A stretch of 62,260 nucleotides of DNA from an uncultured Verrucomicrobiae bacterium (GTDB taxonomy: Bacteria > Verrucomicrobiota > Verrucomicrobiia > Opitutales > JABDGR01), in NCBI GenBank assembly GCA_963765205.1, contig CAVXVB010000012.1:1-62260 (forward strand). The letters run 5' to 3'. Below are positions 60,018 through 62,260 of the stretch, one piece after another. Numbering within the stretch: position 1 is the first letter of the stretch; every line of letters begins with the position of its first letter. The position numbers and the translations under genes were made by a program. A model generated the notes under the pieces. It was not told the origin of the DNA and did no database searches. It was given only the letters and a program-made list of their open reading frames with translations.

Positions 60018-60632
60018 ATGAATATCCCCTTCCATCGCCAAGTCGCCGGAAGTCTCCTCGCCATTTGCCTGAGTTTAATATCCGGCTGTGCCTCATTGGG
60101 CACGCGGCCCTCAGCGGTCGGCCCGCAACCTGGCCAGCCGTGGAGCTTGCCGCTAGAAGCCAATGTATCCGCCGATTTGGCGTGGATTCCGCCGGGGTCG
60201 TTTACGATGGGCAGTCCCGCGAATGAAGCGGGACGCAACCGCAATGGGGACGAAGGCCCGCAGACGCAGGTGACGCTCTCGAAGGGTTTTTGGCTCGAAA
60301 AAACTTTCGTCACCATTGGCCAGTGGAAAAGTGTCACCGGCCGCGGCGTGCGCGAGCAGTTGATCCAGGGCATCAATGACGAAACGGTTTACGACTTCGG
60401 CAATGCGACCACCCCCAACAAGAAGCTTTTGCGCGATTATATGGGCTGGCGCAAAGACGTGGACCCTTCCACCCACCTCGCCAACGACGACGACAATTTG
60501 CCGATGTATTATGTGAGTTGGAACGACGCGATGGAGTTTTGCCGGCAACTCACCGTGCGCCGCGCCAGCAACCCGCCGTCCGAGGGAAGCGCCTACCGCG
60601 GCTTCCGCCTCGCGCTCGCGCCCGCGCCATGA
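60018..60632 (+). pseudogene. FGE/SUMF1-domain lipoprotein with in-frame internal deletion
   Basis: Lipobox ISGC, IPPG.F.MGS, E.P...V, P...VSW.DA..FC and terminal GFRL are present; RLPTEAEWE, GLYDM.GNV.EW and RGGSW are missing. Confidence 0.65.
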
Positions 60633-61606
60633 AACCGCCGCGCGTAAAAATCATCGTGCCCGCGGCGTCCGCCGGCGAGCGCGCGGACAAGCTGCTCGCG
60701 CGCCAGTTGCCCGAGACAAGCCGCGTCCGCGTGCAGGAGGCTTTTGCGCAGGAAAAAGTCTGGCTCAATGATGCGCTGATTGCACAATCGCACCGGGTCG
60801 CAAAGGGCGACGTGCTGTTTATCGAATTGCCTGAGCCGCCGCCTTCGACCATCGAAGCCGTGGCGGGAAATTTGACGGTGATTTTCGAGGACGACGATCT
60901 GCTCGTGCTCAACAAAGGCGCGGGCCTGGTCATGCACCCCGGTGCGGGCACGGGCGACGACACGCTGGCGCATTTCGCGCTGCACCACACCGGAGGCCAC
61001 CTCAGCCGCCTCGGCGGCGAGCGCCGGCCGGGCATTGTCCACCGCCTCGACAAGGAAACTTCCGGCGCGCTCGTCCTCGCGAAAAGCGACCGCGCCTACC
61101 TCGCGCTGACCAAATTATTTTCCGAGCGGGAAATCGCGAAGGAATATCTCGCGCTCGCGCAAGGCGTGCCGGAATTGCGTTCCGGGAGCATTCGCGAACC
61201 CATCGGGCGCAATCCCGTCGTGCGGGTAAAGATGGCCGTTGCCAAAGGCAACCGCGGCAAACCCGCGCACACGGATTGGTCGGTTGAGGAAGTTTTTGGA
61301 AAAAAGGCCGCGCTCATCCGCTGCTGGCTGCACACGGGCCGTACGCACCAAATCCGCGTCCACCTCGCGCACCTCGGGCATCCGCTGCTCGGTGATGTGG
61401 TTTACGGCTGGAAGCCGCACGGCGGCGCGGCGGGATCGGCGGCGCGCGTCATGCTCCACGCCACGGTGCTCGCGTTCCCGCATCCGGCGGACGGGCGGCC
61501 GCTCGAATTCCGCGTGCAGCCGCCCGAGGATTTTTTAACCCTCGCCGCGCAACTGCGCGAAGAAGCGCGCCGCGACGCCAAACCGCAGATTGTGAAACGA
61601 GTGTGA
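60629..61606 (+). CDS. RluA/RluD-family pseudouridine synthase
   Basis: S4-like N-terminus, NK..G...HP, GIVHRLDKETSG, TGRTHQIRVH, GD..YG, LHA. Confidence 0.93.
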   Translation: MKPPRVKIIVPAASAGERADKLLARQLPETSRVRVQEAFAQEKVWLNDALIAQSHRVAKGDVLFIELPEPPPSTIEAVAGNLTVIFEDDDLLVLNKGAGLVMHPGAGTGDDTLAHFALHHTGGHLSRLGGERRPGIVHRLDKETSGALVLAKSDRAYLALTKLFSEREIAKEYLALAQGVPELRSGSIREPIGRNPVVRVKMAVAKGNRGKPAHTDWSVEEVFGKKAALIRCWLHTGRTHQIRVHLAHLGHPLLGDVVYGWKPHGGAAGSAARVMLHATVLAFPHPADGRPLEFRVQPPEDFLTLAAQLREEARRDAKPQIVKRV

Positions 61607-61789
61607 CACGCGCGGCGCTTGGGCAAGATCGAGCAGGGTGACAATCGTGGTGAGCGCCGCCGGCATGATGTCCGCCCGCTCGGGGGTGAGCTTCGGGATG
61701 CGCGCGCGCGCGGCGGCGTCCAGCGGTGCGATCTCATCGAGCAGCGCGGCCAGCTCCATGCGCGTCATTTCCGCGGGCCACGTTCTCCG
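61535..61789 (-). pseudogene. C-terminal fragment of Ppx/GppA-family phosphatase
   Basis: R..IP.L..ERADI..AA and S...LR.G pattern; the frame is closed upstream by a stop at 61790-61792, at the apparent junction. Confidence 0.6.
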
Positions 61790-62253
61790 CTAATGCCGGG
61801 CTCGACGACAAGGTCATCAAGCGCCAGGTCGCGGTGATCAATTCGATGACGCGAGGTGAGCGCAGGAATCCCCGATATCCTGAAAGCCAGCCGCAAGAAG
61901 CGCATTGCCGCAGGGTCGGGCGTCAAGGTCGAGGACGTCAACAAGCTGCTCAAGATGCACCGCAACATGGCTGACATGATGAAATCCATGGGATCGGGCA
62001 AGCGCGGGCCGATGGCCGGCATCGCCCAGGCGATGGGCTTCGGCGGCGGCATGCCCTCCCCCAGAACAGATCAAGGCGCTGGCGGAAAAGATGCCGGGCG
62101 CAGCAGGCCCTGGCGGCATGCCGGCGTTGCCCAAGGATCTCCCGGCAGGCTTGCGGCAGGGATTGCCCAATCTTCCGGGCCTGACAGGTCTCAGCGGCAA
62201 GCCACCCCTGCCCGGCCTCGGCGGCTTCCCCGGCCTCGGGGAAGAAAAAATGA
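61789..62253 (+). pseudogene. ffh: Signal recognition particle protein Ffh, M-domain fragment with three +1 frameshifts (probably chimeric)
   Basis: INSMT..ER.NP/DILKASRKKRIAAGSG..V.DVNKLLKMH..M...MK, then a Gly/Pro/Met-rich tail ending GKKK*. Extra bases fall in C/G homopolymers near 61871, 62060 and 62240. Confidence 0.85.
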
Positions 62254-62260
62254 TCGACCC

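Overview
High-GC bacterial contig segment, most likely Verrucomicrobiota (inferred from a PEP-CTERM giant surface protein, an extended adenylate kinase and PVC-type intergenic repeats). In order it holds: (1) a 5'-truncated, roughly 6,060-codon beta-repeat PEP-CTERM surface protein split by one extra base near 5462; (2) a more AT-rich accessory patch with a large secreted orphan and a PAP2 phosphatase lacking its catalytic His, followed by KTSC and DUF3486-like genes; (3) a potassium-homeostasis region of about 26 kb: two tandem kdpA genes, kdpBC, a USP, a small membrane protein and kdpDE, then an RND efflux set plus three outer-membrane barrels bracketed by a tRNA-Arg 5' half and an intact tRNA-Arg(CCT), a PL4 lyase, and a KimA/YdaO-like transporter behind a c-di-AMP riboswitch; (4) housekeeping and defence genes (RelBE-type TA pair, rpsA, type II R-M pair, adenylate kinase-like, M29 aminopeptidase, RluA-family synthase). 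The last ~470 bp look like a chimeric junction to a frameshifted alphaproteobacterial ffh fragment. The best novel-system candidate is the dual-KdpA pump: KdpA1 has Asp-substituted selectivity-filter motifs and an attenuator-like leader, while KdpA2 has a canonical filter, lacks the conserved E370-equivalent Glu and sits behind a KdpE-like box. All family calls come from motif recognition; no database searches were run.
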